Origin: Octopus vulgaris
Taxonomy: Eukaryota
Length of the DNA stretch: 64,000 nucleotides
Direction of reading: 5' to 3'
Assembly (NCBI GenBank): GCA_951406725.2
Contig: OX597817.1
Span: 59,582,001 to 59,646,000, forward strand
Part shown: piece by piece, positions 12,960-24,716 of the stretch
Position numbering within the stretch: the first letter of the stretch is position 1
How the letters are laid out: every line of letters begins with the position of its first letter
Position numbers and translations under genes: made by a program
Notes under the pieces: generated by a model
Told to the model about the DNA's origin: nothing
The model's input: only the letters and a program-made list of their open reading frames with translations
Database searches by the model: none

Positions 12960-13310
12960 TTTGTGGCTCCTGTGATATTCTTCACCAATTTTCCTGCCTT
13001 CCTTGCTTCCTCTACCTTCTTTAACCAGGTCTCCTTCAGTTTCTTCTACGTCCTTCCGCATTCATTTCCATCACCCTCAGCACATGACTCAGCCATCTCA
13101 TCCCATTTCTCTTCACAGCATCCATCTCTGGCACAATTCCCATCATTCTCTGAAATTCATTGTTTGTACTTCTCTCAGCAATGCTCACTCGTTCCACCAG
13201 ACCATTCTCGTTGCCATTCTTTCCATTATTCCCTGCTGCTCTACCATATTCCATAAACCATATCTCTTCTCACATGTGCAGCACACAGAATCCCCTTCCA
13301 CCCTTGCAGT
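12960..13310 (-). mobile_element. Decayed RTE-like ORF C-terminal fragment
   Basis: RWLSHVLR followed by basic GR-rich sequence, like the RLRWYGHVLRM...GRGRPRK end of RTE ORFs. Confidence 0.45.
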
Positions 13311-14404
13311 ACACACACTTGCCCCATAACGTGAGTTATTAAGGTTGCTAGATATTTCAGTAACCATTGCTGTCACAGCCACATTAGATACTGTAGAATT
13401 TGAACATTTGTAAACAGAATAAGAATAATGATTTTTTTCTTGTCTTGTTTTGTTTTGTTTTTTTTTCTCTCTTTTTAACTTTAGTGGGGAAAACATCAGA
13501 GTAAGCTATTATCATCAGTTTGGAATAAGATGGTTGGGTATGGCCGTTTGGATGCTGGCAATTTGCCACGGCTGACTGGACATTGAACCTGTTTTGGTGA
13601 CAATACTTGTTGGCGAGTACACATACATGCATGCACACACTTCTTAATGCTCTCTCTCTCTCTCCTTCTCTCTCTCGTTTTTCTGCTCGCTGCACCAAAA
13701 TTTTGATTTCCTGTTCTATTTTGTCAGAAATGTAGAGGAATCCGCGTTTGTGAGAGAATCTTCTCCTTCCCACATTTCATCAATATTCCACCAACCCTCA
13801 TACACATAAAATGAAGCAGAAAGATGAATGAAGTTTAGCAGTGGAAGTAGTTTTGTGGTTGGAATTATGAGTCAGTTGTCAGTTCAAATAAAAACAAAAC
13901 TTGTACAGTGCCAAAATATCCCAGGGGTCAAAGTGTCTGATGTCAAATAAGATTTAGTGATGCAAGACCAAAATGCCTTTGCCAAAACATCTCATGCCCT
14001 TTACACATAAATATAAATTATTATCGTGCATCTACTTAAGTTCCAAAAGGAATTTTTTGAAGCACTTCAACCTGTTATTAAAAAATTCTTTATCAGCATG
14101 GAATGGTTCTCTCCATTCAATTATTTATAAATGAAAAAATATTGTTAGATTTAAAAAATTTTCTATATGGATTCCCCTTTTGATAACAATCCCTCAACTT
14201 TGAAATAGAAAATTATGGATCTTCTCTTTGGTTTATCAAATACCTGTGTGTTTTTATTAAATTCATAATGTGCTTAATTGATCGTTACACTTATATCAGT
14301 CAGCACTTCAATTTTCATTGGATTTTTTTTTTATAAGGGTCAATTAACAAGGAATATATATAAATTTTAAAACTCATCTTGTACTGTTGAGGATTATTAT
14401 TATT

Positions 14405-14625
14405 CCAGGCTCCCGTGGCTTTTATGGGTTTTTCCACGAGTAACCTTTCGAAGTGCCTCCCCCCTATTGGGAGTTTTTACTTGTCATATTTTCGTTGTTA
14501 TCTTGCATTTGTACATGGACTTTTCAAATGGACAAAACCCTTTTTGTAACTTTCGTCCTGTATTTTGTCCCTACATGTTTTATCTGATTTTTGTTAGCCC
14601 TTGTGGCCAATAAACGAGAATTAAT
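14405..14625 (+). mobile_element. Probable LINE 3' end
   Basis: Ends ttagcccttgtggccaataaa followed by ATT-rich repeats, similar to one tail variant of SINE family A. Confidence 0.4.
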
Positions 14626-14768
14626 TATTATGATTATGATTGTTGTTATTTTAAAGGCTATTTTGTTGATTGTGTGTGTGTGTGTGTGTGTGTCCCTTTT
14701 TGAAAGAAAGTTCTGATTAATCTTCCTGCAACTCTTTTACTCAAACCACAATCTGTTCTGCTTTGTAG

Positions 14769-14818
14769 GCTGAATGCTTCTGGTCACAGAAACAGTACCA
14801 TGATCACTCGGTCAAAAG
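14769..14818 (+). CDS. ZMYND8: ZMYND8 exon: (R)LNASGHRNSTMITRSK
   Basis: ctgctttgtag acceptor and AAG|GTACGT donor. MITRSK(D) resembles human MDISTRSKD. Phase 1 matches the next exon. The ATG at 14800 is a possible start. Confidence 0.7.
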
Positions 14819-15210
14819 GTACGTAGATTACTGCTTGACTATGTTGCAATTCCACGCAAAAGCATGGCAGCACTCATCACGCTGCTACTACCATTGATTA
14901 GTTTCCTCTTCCTCCCCCCCCACTCACGTTATAACATTGTATACTTAACTCTTGACATTGCTTGGTATTGTTATATTTTATTTGGTTGGTTTTCCTTCCT
15001 CTTTTTTTGTTTTCTTGTTTTTTTGCCTAAATGTAATTCAAAGTTTCAAAGCAAAATCCCTTGCATGAGTCTCAGCTTGCCGCCTCACTTACTAAAAACA
15101 TGATTAATAGCCATTATTCATCAACTCATCATATGTTTAAAGCCTTGTCATTAATTATGTCGTAATGTTAATTACTTTACTCAGGAAACTAGTCATACAT
15201 CTTAGAATAC

Positions 15211-15241
<31 letters not shown>

Positions 15242-15493
15242 CATCATTATTATCATTATTAAAAGCAGTGAGCTGGCAGACTCATTAGCATGTTGGACAA
15301 AATGCTTAGTAGCATTGCTTGCAGCTTTTTACTTTCTGAATTCAAATTCTGCCAAGGTTGACTTTGCCTTTCATCTTTTGGAGATCGATAAAATAAATAC
15401 CAGCTGAGTATTAAGATTGATGTAATGATCTCTGCCCCTTTCCTATCCCAGTTTCACACCCTGTGCCCAATTAGAAAAGATTATTATTATTAT

Positions 15494-16040
15494 TGAGTGA
15501 GAGAGTAGTGCATGCCATCAAAGTGACACCGGTGTAAAATATACGAAGCCCAGTATACCCATCATGACTACCCGTCTGATAAGGGTACACCAGGCACAGG
15601 CATCACAACCATATGTGCACAACATGGTGATCTCATATCAAGATAAACAGCGCAAGACCTTGCAGGTGGGGCCCAGTTAGAATTTTATTCTGGTCGAGTA
15701 ACCCATCCCACTCAAAAGGTCCCTGAATAAGGGTTGTTTAAGGATGTTGAACAAAACACTCATGTTTCCAGAGGTGAATTATCCAAACCCCAAAGAATCC
15801 CTCTCAACACATGGCTATGATGCTACCCCACTACTTCTGCTCATGATCAGAGATGCACATATCATCAGCCACTAAGGGACATAATGAACTGGTTAAGGTC
15901 AAACAACTGACAAGCAAATCTGTGGTATTGAGCAGAATATTTGCTGTAACCCATCTTTTGTACCAAGACAGATAATACTTCTAATCAGTTTAGATCAGAA
16001 GCCATGAGAGCCACTGCCTGGTACTGCATCAAGGCATTTA
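15494..16040. mobile_element. ~550-bp repeat within (ATT)n, copy 1
   Basis: Highly similar end to end with 54106-54662. Both ends abut ATT repeats. Confidence 0.85.
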
Positions 16041-16245
16041 TTATTATTATAAGCAAGCTGAACAAAATGCTGCTCAGATTCTGTCCATCTTTACAGTCTA
16101 AGTTCAAATTCTGCCAAGGTCAACTTTACCTTTCATCTTTTTGGGGTCAGTAAAATAAAAACCAGTTGAGCATTAGGATCAGTGTCATCAACAATCGCCC
16201 TCCCCCACAAATTTCGGGCCTTGTGCCTATAGTAGAAAAGATTGT

Positions 16246-17930
16246 TCATCATCATCATCATTTAGCATCCATTTTCCATGCTGGCATGGAAAACATTTTG
16301 ACTGTAAGTGGTAAGCTGGAGAGCTGCACCAAGCTCCAGTTGGTTTGGGGTTGGTTTCTACAGATGGATGCACTTCCTTATGCCAACCACTCCATAGAGT
16401 GTAGTAGGTGCCTTTTACGTGTCACAGCCATGGATGCCTTTTACATTCACTGGCATTTGCCGCGACCATGACTTAACATGGCTTGATGTGTCTTCTCAAG
16501 CTCAGCAAATCACCAGAAGTCTTGTTTGCTTGTCATCTCCTTCATGAGACTCAACATCTGAAAATCATATTTCACCACCTTGTCCCATGTCTTCTTGGGT
16601 CTACCTCTTCCGCAGGTTCCCTCCACAAAGATCAGGAATTCTTTACGCCGCTGTCCTCGTTCATATGCATCACATATACCAGTGCAGCTTTCTCTCTTGC
16701 ATGCCATATCTGATGCTTCTTTTGCCCATCTTTTCTCTCAAGATGCTTATACTCTTATTTCTTTATTGCCCACAGGGGGCTAAACATAGAGGGGACAAAC
16801 AAAGACAGACAAAGGGATTAAGTTGATTACATCAACCCCAATATGTAACTGGTACTTAATTTATCGACCTTGAAAGGATGAAAGGCAAAGTCGACCTCAG
16901 CGGAATTTGAACTCAGAACGTAACAGCAGACGAAATACTGCTAAGCATTTCGCCCTGCGTGCTAACGTTTCTGCCAGCTCACTGCCTTGCTTACAGATGG
17001 ATGTACTGTACAAGATGCTTACACTCTGTATGCACACTCACATTGCACATCCAGCAGAGCATGCCAGCTTCATTTCTTTCAAACCTTTGCATGTCCTCTT
17101 CTCTCACAGCCCATGTTTCACTGCCATATAGCATGGCTGTTCATACACAGGCATCATACAATCTGCATTTCACTCTAAGAGAGAGGGCCCTTTATTACCA
17201 ACAAAGGTAGTTCTCTAAACTTTGCCCAACTTCTTCTAGCAGCTATGCTCTCAGAGCATCCACCTCCATTGCTGATTTGGTCACCTAGGTAACAGAAGCT
17301 CTCTGCTGGACATTTGATGAAATCTGTTTCCCATACATTCCCAGTGTTTGTTGTTCCTACACACCTGCCACGCACAATGGCTACTACTTTCTCTGTTAAC
17401 TTTCCTCTGATATTACTGCACCTCTTATGTATCCATAGCTTGCACTGGGTACACCTTATGGAGTTTCTACCTACACATTTCCTATATATCGAACAGGATC
17501 ATTTCTCTGAAAGGATTTGTGATTTGTCTGTGTTCCTACTTACTAAGACTTTCGTCTTAGGTAGATTAACTCTAAGACCCTTTGATTCCAGACCTTGCTT
17601 CCACACCTGAGATTTCTTCTCTAGTTCCAGTAGTGATTCACTTAAAAGAACAAGGTCATCAGTATGAAGGAGCTCCCAAGGGCAGCCTGTCTTAAATTCC
17701 TCTGTTATAGCCTTGGAGGACTATGATGAACAAAAGGGGTCTGAGGATCAATCCTTGGTGAACTCCTGCCTGTACACTTAATTCCTTGCTATAGTCGTTG
17801 CCAACTTTCACCTTACTAACAGCATCACTGTACATAGTTTGTACAGCTCTCACGAACCACTTGTCTATTCCTAGTTTCTGCATTGACCATCAGATAAGGG
17901 AGCAGGGGACCCTGTCAAAAGCTTTCTCCA
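16246..17930 (-). mobile_element. 5'-truncated, decayed RTE-clade LINE with reverse transcriptase remnants
   Basis: Minus strand reads LEKAFDRVP, GVHQG..L.PLLF, CPWELLHTDDLVL (degenerate YADD), FCYLGDQI and GRGRPKKTW, with stops and frameshifts and a (GAT)n tail. Confidence 0.92.
16756..16988 (-). mobile_element. Family A SINE nested in the RTE LINE
   Basis: tRNA-like head (box A tggcagaaacg, box B gttcaaatt) and core gactttgcctttcatcctttc...gtcgataaattaagtaccag. Confidence 0.88.
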
Positions 17931-18003
17931 CACCATGTGGTTGAGAAGCAAGCTTTTTACCACACACCCACGCCTGCGCCTGTACAGTGGTTGGGGTGTT
18001 TTA

Positions 18004-18228
18004 AAGGCAGCAAGCTGGCAGAAATGTTAGCACGCTGGGTGAAATGCATAGCCATATTTCGTCTGTTGTTACGTTCTGAGTTCAAATTCCGCCGAGGTCG
18101 ACTTTGTCTTTCATCCTTTCGGAGTTGATTAAATAAGTACCAGTTACTCACTGGGGTCAGTATAATCGACTTAATCAATTTGTTTGTCCTCTCTGTGTTT
18201 AGCTCCTTGTGGGTAGTAAAGAAATAGG
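18004..18228 (+). mobile_element. Family A tRNA-derived SINE (core resembles the Meta/MESC domain)
   Basis: Full head, core and tail. Many further copies, e.g. 15262-15480, 35027-35210, 35365-35575, 39293-39500, 39520-39733, 48036-48240, 53614-53826, 53871-54083, 62990-63430. Confidence 0.85.
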
Positions 18229-18634
18229 TATTCTAAGTTCAGATTCCACCAAGACCTATTTTATCTTTCACCCTTTCGGAGTCCATAAAATGAAGTACCA
18301 GTTACGCACTGGGTTTGATGTAATCAACTAGACCCCCTCCACTAAATTTCATGCCTTTTGCCTATAGTAGTAAGAATTATTGTTGTTGTTGTTATTGGTG
18401 CTGCCATATTACTCTGGAAACCACATCTTTGGATCTGCTTGAGACACATTGCTAGCAATTCCATAACAAAAATATATAACTCCTCTTTTACTCTGCCAAT
18501 ATATGAAATGGTTTGCAAGTGAGAAGTGACAGCTAATCCTAATGTCAGCCACTTCACAGTGGTGTACTGGGGGCTTTTACCATGCCATCAACACTAGTGA
18601 GGCCACCATGCAGTTGCTAGAAAAACTGGAACTC

Positions 18635-18948
18635 TGTTGGTTGCGATTACAAGATTTCCAGTTGATCTGATCAACGGAACAACCTGCTTGTGAAATTAAC
18701 ATGTAAGTGGCTGAGTACACCACAGATATGCATGCCCTTAATGTAGTTGTCAGGGATACTCACTGTGACACCAAATGTGGAAAAGCTGGCCCTTTGAAAT
18801 ACAGGTACAACTATTTTTGCCAGCTGAGTGGACTGGAGCAACATGAAATAAAGTGTCTTGCCCAAGGACACACCATACACTGCCAGGTATTGAACTCCTG
18901 ATCTTACAATCTCGAGCTGAATATCCTAACCACTTAGTCACATGCCTT
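18635..18948 (-). mobile_element. Family C tRNA-derived SINE
   Basis: Shares its tail with 61636-62021 and has a tRNA-like head ggcatgtgactaagtggttagg. Confidence 0.75.
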
Positions 18949-19607
18949 CTGCAGCTTGATAGACTATGAACCTGAATGGGGGAAATCTTTTATGCTGGGA
19001 GATGAGGAGTAGAGAGGGGTTAAGTATGAGAGAAAAGGGTCAGAGCAGAATAGGTTTCTTGCTGTAGAGGAGCAACAAGGCTGCTCAAATTTTAGAAGAG
19101 AGGATAGGAGTGATTCATTAAGGTTAGAAAGTGATGATAATAATTGGAGTGGTGAGGTGTCAGGGTAGGAATGAGTGGGGCAATCGGGGGATGTCCGATA
19201 GTGCAAAGCAGTAGGATACTATTCCTGACGATAAGTGTACCATTCTAAATTCGATAAAATCTGTTCCAGTGTGACTATCATATTTTCTGTATTGTTTTGA
19301 CCCTTAAGCTGTTTTTGATTTTTTTTCTCTTGTTTTGGTACATGTTTCAGCTTGGTACACACACACATGCACACATCATGTGGTTGCTCATAGTTTCTGT
19401 CTACCGAATCCACTGACAAGGTAATGGTTGATCTGGGTCTGAAGCTGAAAACACTTGCTCAAGGTCCCACATAGTGGGACTGAGCCCAGAATTACATGGT
19501 TACAAAATGGATTGTAGTTTCATATATAAAACAGGTGATGAAATGAAATGGAAAAAATGGAAGGAAAAAACAAACTAAAATCCTTTCTCATTATGGTGAA
19601 GATTTGT

Positions 19608-20038
19608 CATCATCATCATCATCGTTTAATGTCCGCTTTCCATGCTGTCATGGGTTGGATGGTTTGACTGAAGACTGACAAGCCAGGAGGCTGCATCAGG
19701 CTCCAGTCTGATCTGGCATGGTTTCTACTGCTGGATGCCCTTCCTAACACCAACCACTCTGATAGTGTAGTGGCTGCTTCTTATGTGCCACCGGCAGGGG
19801 CATTGGCCACGACTACGATTTCTCTTGACTCAACAGGTCTTCTCAAGCACAACATATTGCCCGACAATTGAAGGGTGCTTTTAAATGGGCGAGTTATGCG
19901 ACACTGACATCAGCCATGGCTATGATCTCACTTTCGTTATCTCCAAAGGTTTTAGTCACTTGTCATTGCCTCTGTGAAGACCAAAATCTGAAGGTTGTTC
20001 TTCACCAACTCATCTTATGTTTTCCTGGTGCTCTACCT
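19608..20038 (-). mobile_element. RTE LINE 3' fragment
   Basis: (CAT)n tail, 3' UTR and the last codons of the ORF, similar to 42260-42340. Confidence 0.8.
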
Positions 20039-20449
20039 CAATCATTTGGGCAAAGTCACTGGTCTGGGGATAATTTTGAGATTTTCCACCAGTCTTGCAG
20101 ACTCTAATAATCTAGCACCGTTGTCATTGTCATTTTTACATTCATTTTCTTCCAAGCTGAAGTCACGTGGCCTGGTGGTTACAGTGTTCTTCTCACAATC
20201 ATGAGATCGTGCTTTCAATTCCCAGGCCAAGTGGAGCATTGTGTTCTCAAGCAAAACACTTCATATCACATTGCTTCAGTCTACTCAGCCATAAACGAGC
20301 CAACCTGCAATGGACTGGCACCCTGTTCTGGGCAAATATTGTCATCTCGGTCCCTTATATGTCATGGAAACTGACTAATGGCTCCTATGTGTCCTAGGCC
20401 TCAACTCAGTAATTTCTTTTCCCCAAGTAGACATAGATATGCATCTATG

Positions 20450-20518
<69 letters not shown>

Positions 20519-21282
20519 CGATAATAATCGAATTGATTATAATACACCATGAGGATTTCCAACATGTTGGGCACACTGGAGTATACCATCAGCATGCAAT
20601 CAATGTAATGTGTGCTTTGGCTCAGCCCCTAGGCGCTTAATACTCATAGGGTTGGTTTTCTCTGTGTACACAACTGGAGTATCCTATTTGATATTTATTG
20701 ACCATAGGTGGTGACCACAGGTTTATCCAATCCTACCTGGTGCATATCTATTCAAGTACCCGATTCTATCTGAATCGTCATCGTGTGTGTGTGTGTGTGT
20801 GAGAGATTAATTTGTAAAATGGTTCATTTGGAAACTCATTCTATTTCAATGTATGGCAGTAGTAACCCAATTTCTACACAGGCAGAAAGCAACTCTTTTG
20901 ATCATTCTAACCCATGGCAACACCCTTGAAAAGTTGATTTTTGTTCCATTTGTTCATTCTAATTGAAGCTGAATCTGTTAACACAACTGACCTAAATAAC
21001 TTTGAAAGTTTTAATAAACCTGGCTTCGTTGACCCAAAGCTGGTTGTTTAACTTAAAAGTTCACTGGCTCATCATTTGTTTTTCTGTTTAAGCATTGTTG
21101 TAAGCAAGTGTCATGGTGTACGGAGAGAGAGAGAAAGAGAGAGACACAGATATCTCAAAGTATGAATAAGAGACCAGTTCTCTCTCACTGAATCTAAACC
21201 CAGCATGCAGACAGACAAAACATTTCTCTGTTATGCAGTTACCTCACATCACATCTCTTCAGATACATTTGTTGCATACAGT

Positions 21283-21673
21283 CAGGAGTGGCTGTGTGGT
21301 AAGTAGCTTGTTTACCAACCACATGGTTCCGAGTTCAGTCCCACTGCGTGGCACCTTGGGCAAGTGTCTTCTACTATATCCTCGGGCCGACCAAAGCCTT
21401 GTGAATGGATTTGGTAGACAGAAACTGAAAGAAGTCCATCGTATATATGTATATATATATATGTATGTGTTTGTGTTTGTCCCCCTAGCATTGCTTGACA
21501 ACCGATGCTGGTGTGTTTATGTCCCCGTCACTTAGCGGTTCGGCAAAATGAGACCGATAGAATAAGTACTGGGCTTACAAAGAATAAGTCCCGGGGTCGA
21601 GTTGCTCGATTAAAGGTGGTGCTCCAGCATGGCCGCAGTCAAATGACTGAAACAAGTAAAAGAGTAAAGAGAG
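21283..21673 (+). mobile_element. Family B CORE-type SINE, near full length
   Basis: Box A tggctgtgtgg, box B gttcagtcc, core accttgggcaagt, internal TA/TG microsatellite, tail gactgaaacaagtaaaagagtaaagag. Confidence 0.88.
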
Positions 21674-21712
21674 TCATATAGCTCTGGTGAAAAGACATCA
21701 AGTAGTGATTCT

Positions 21713-21930
21713 TTAAACCTTTCGTTACTGTATTTATTTTGAGATGTTCTGTGTTTCTTTCAATTACTTTAACTATAACAAAGAATTTAGTAAAATAACT
21801 TAGTTATAATTCAGCTAGTGTTAGCAACATAAATTGTGACTAAGGTTTGGTGGAAGATTTTAATTCAGAACTTATGAAAACAAAACATTTGTACTCAGAG
21901 CCAGAGTCGGGTTGGTAATGAAAGGGTTAA
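21713..21930. mobile_element. piggyBac-like MITE (TTAA), followed by a second decayed copy at 21927-22340
   Basis: TTAA-acctttcgttac ... gtaatgaaaggg-TTAA. Confidence 0.8.
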
Positions 21931-24530
21931 ACCTTCTCTTACCATATTTCGGTCAAAATACACTGACTTTGTTTCTATTGAATTTTAAAATAATAAAGAA
22001 TTTCATAAAATGATGTAAACTGGTGTTCCAGGTGGCAAGCTAGCAAAATCGTTAGCACACCTGGCAAAATGCTTAGCAGCATTTCCACCAACTTTATATT
22101 CTGAGTTCAAATTCTGTTGAGGTCGGCTTTGTCTTTCATCCTTTTGAGGGTCGATAAAATAAATACCAGTTGAATACTAGGTTTGATGTAATCAACGAAT
22201 GCCATCTCGCAACATTTCAGGCCTTGTGCATAGATTAGAAAGGATTGAACATAAATTGAGGTGATGTCAGGTTTTAATTTAGACCACCTTAAAACCAGAC
22301 GTTTGTATCATAGAACCCAAGGTGGTCTTGGGCAGGTTAAGTCTGTCAACCCTGTCAACAGGGCCTTGACTCTTTTGTCAGCTGTATGAAGTCTCAGAAA
22401 TATGTCTTCCTCGGCCATATTGTTTGTCATCATCAACTCCTGTCAATATTTATTTAAAAAGACCAGCTTTGTTCACCTCAAATGCCATTCGCTTAAATTG
22501 TGATTCAAGGCCGCAAACCTATAAAAGCGAAGAATGAGATGACGTCACCGTGATGATACCTTTCTCAAACATGTCAAGAGCTGCGAGTGCAGGGAAATTA
22601 GATATGTTCTTTACTTGCTTCAGTCACTTGGCTGCGACCATGCTGGGGCACTTCCTTGAAGGGTTTAACAAGAAAATCAACCCCAGTACTTGTTTTATTT
22701 TATAGCCTGATACTTATTATGTTAGCCCCTTTCGCCGAACCACTAAGTCATGAGGACGTGAAGAAACAAACACTGGTTGTTAAGCAGTGGTAGTTGGGAT
22801 GGATACACGCATGCATGGCAGGCTTCCACACAGTTTCTATCTACCAAATACACTCCAAAGGCATTGATCAGACCAGGGCTATAGTAGTAGAAGACAGAAT
22901 TTGAACTCGGAACAATAAGATTTGTTGTAAATAGAGAAAAGTGTTTTATTCCTGCATTCTCTAACCATTCTGCTAATCCACAACCAATATTTACTCCTGA
23001 TTAAGTAAATATTGACTGATATGATTCTTTATCCAAGCTCTTTGCTTCATTGATTAATTATTGTCTATTAAACAGTTCATTGTGGACACGGGGTTCCTCA
23101 GGAATACCTTTGCTATAAAATAACCCTCACCTGATAGGGAATTGTCAACAGAGGTTAACATCATTTCTTTAACTCTATGTGTGTGTGTGTGTGTGTGTCT
23201 CTCTCTGCCTCTTTAATTTTCTTTGTGTGTATGTGTGTGTACTTAGTCATTTAGTTATTTCTTTGTTTATGAGGTTTGTAAAACAAAGTCATTGGCTGAA
23301 TTTCATGTGTGTGTGTGTGTGTGTAGACGTTGTCACTCATTCACTTCTATAGTTTCCTTTTTCCTTCTATTTTTTTTTTCCTTCCCCTCTCACGTACCAT
23401 GTCACATGATGTCCGAGTTTGACATGCAATGAGCTTTTCCATTAAAAAGAAGCATTTTGAAATAACTAACCTTATCTTTCAACTTACCCTGATAACTTCA
23501 TCATTGTCATCTTACCATTTTACATCTGCCTTCCATATGGTATGGAATGAACAGGTTACCAGAGTTTGGGTCAGTCCTTAATCAGAGTTTTTGCCCTCCT
23601 TGTTGTGCTGCAGGACTCTGTGTCACTTGTACATCATACTTTTAGTGTCATTTTCTACACTTATGATCCTTTCCTGTCATAGGCCACTTCACAGAGGGTA
23701 ATGGATGCATTTTATTGCAGCACCAATGCTGGTCAAATTGTTTTCTACCCAGTCGGACTAAGGAGTGCTTTTCCTCAATTTTCTCTTTTTGTAGTAACAC
23801 CCACTACACTCACGGAGCGATTGACGTTATGAAGGGCATCCAGCTGTAGAAACACTGCCAAACCAGACTGGAGCCTGGTGCAGCCTCCATGGCTTACCAG
23901 ACCCCGGTCGAACTGTCCAACCCGTGCTAGCACGGAAAATGGATGTTAAATGATGATGATGATGTTCAGGACAATATGGTCAGTAGAGTGATTGCAGATG
24001 ATGGACAAAAATAATTTGTTCGTTTGTTTTTACATCCATTTTTCCATGCTGGCATGGATTAGACAAATACATTATTAAATCATTTTTGCACAGCAGGGTG
24101 TTTTTCCTGCTGCTAACCCTCATTTGTAATTTACTTAGAAATTTGACATTAAAGGGTTACAAAGTTTCCTTCCATTCATCTTGATCCAATTGCAATAAAC
24201 TTCCATTGTAACCCATTCTTCATTCTTTACTTCTATGACCATACAAAAATAATTGCCTCACTTATATGAATGCGCGCGCACACACACACACACAGTAATG
24301 CATGTGTTGCGAAGCTCAACATGTGACCAAAGTTTGGGCTCAGTAGTAGGTCATACACTCCACTCCTAAATCCAGTGGAGTAGGGCATGGGACATCAGTG
24401 TATGGGACAGGTTAACGTACATAAAACACCATATATGTTTTTTTCTATATTTTGTTAATACTATACACACACACACACACACACTCGTTGTATAATTTTA
24501 ATTTCTTTATTCATTATTTCTTTGCTACAG

Positions 24531-24716
24531 ATTCAGGAAGTGATACCAGTGCCAAGATGTCTGGCAGTACGGCTACGACACCAGTCACAACTGGTGCAAG
24601 TACCATCCGTACTCGGGCCTCAACCGGCAGCATATCAGGATTGCCATTTGGTAAGACGGAAATCAAATCAGAAAGATGTTCAAGTCCTTCCAGTGACACT
24701 TGCTCTTCCAGATCTG
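24531..24716 (+). CDS. ZMYND8: ZMYND8 exon: DSGSDTSAKMSG...IKSERCSSPSSDTCSSRS
   Basis: tttctttgctacag acceptor, CTG|GTAAGT donor, 186 nt, phase 1 to 1, open frame. Confidence 0.8.

Noticed and set aside
21283-21355. tRNA-like sequences with A and B boxes
   Set aside because: These are SINE heads followed by core and tail, with no complete cloverleaf.
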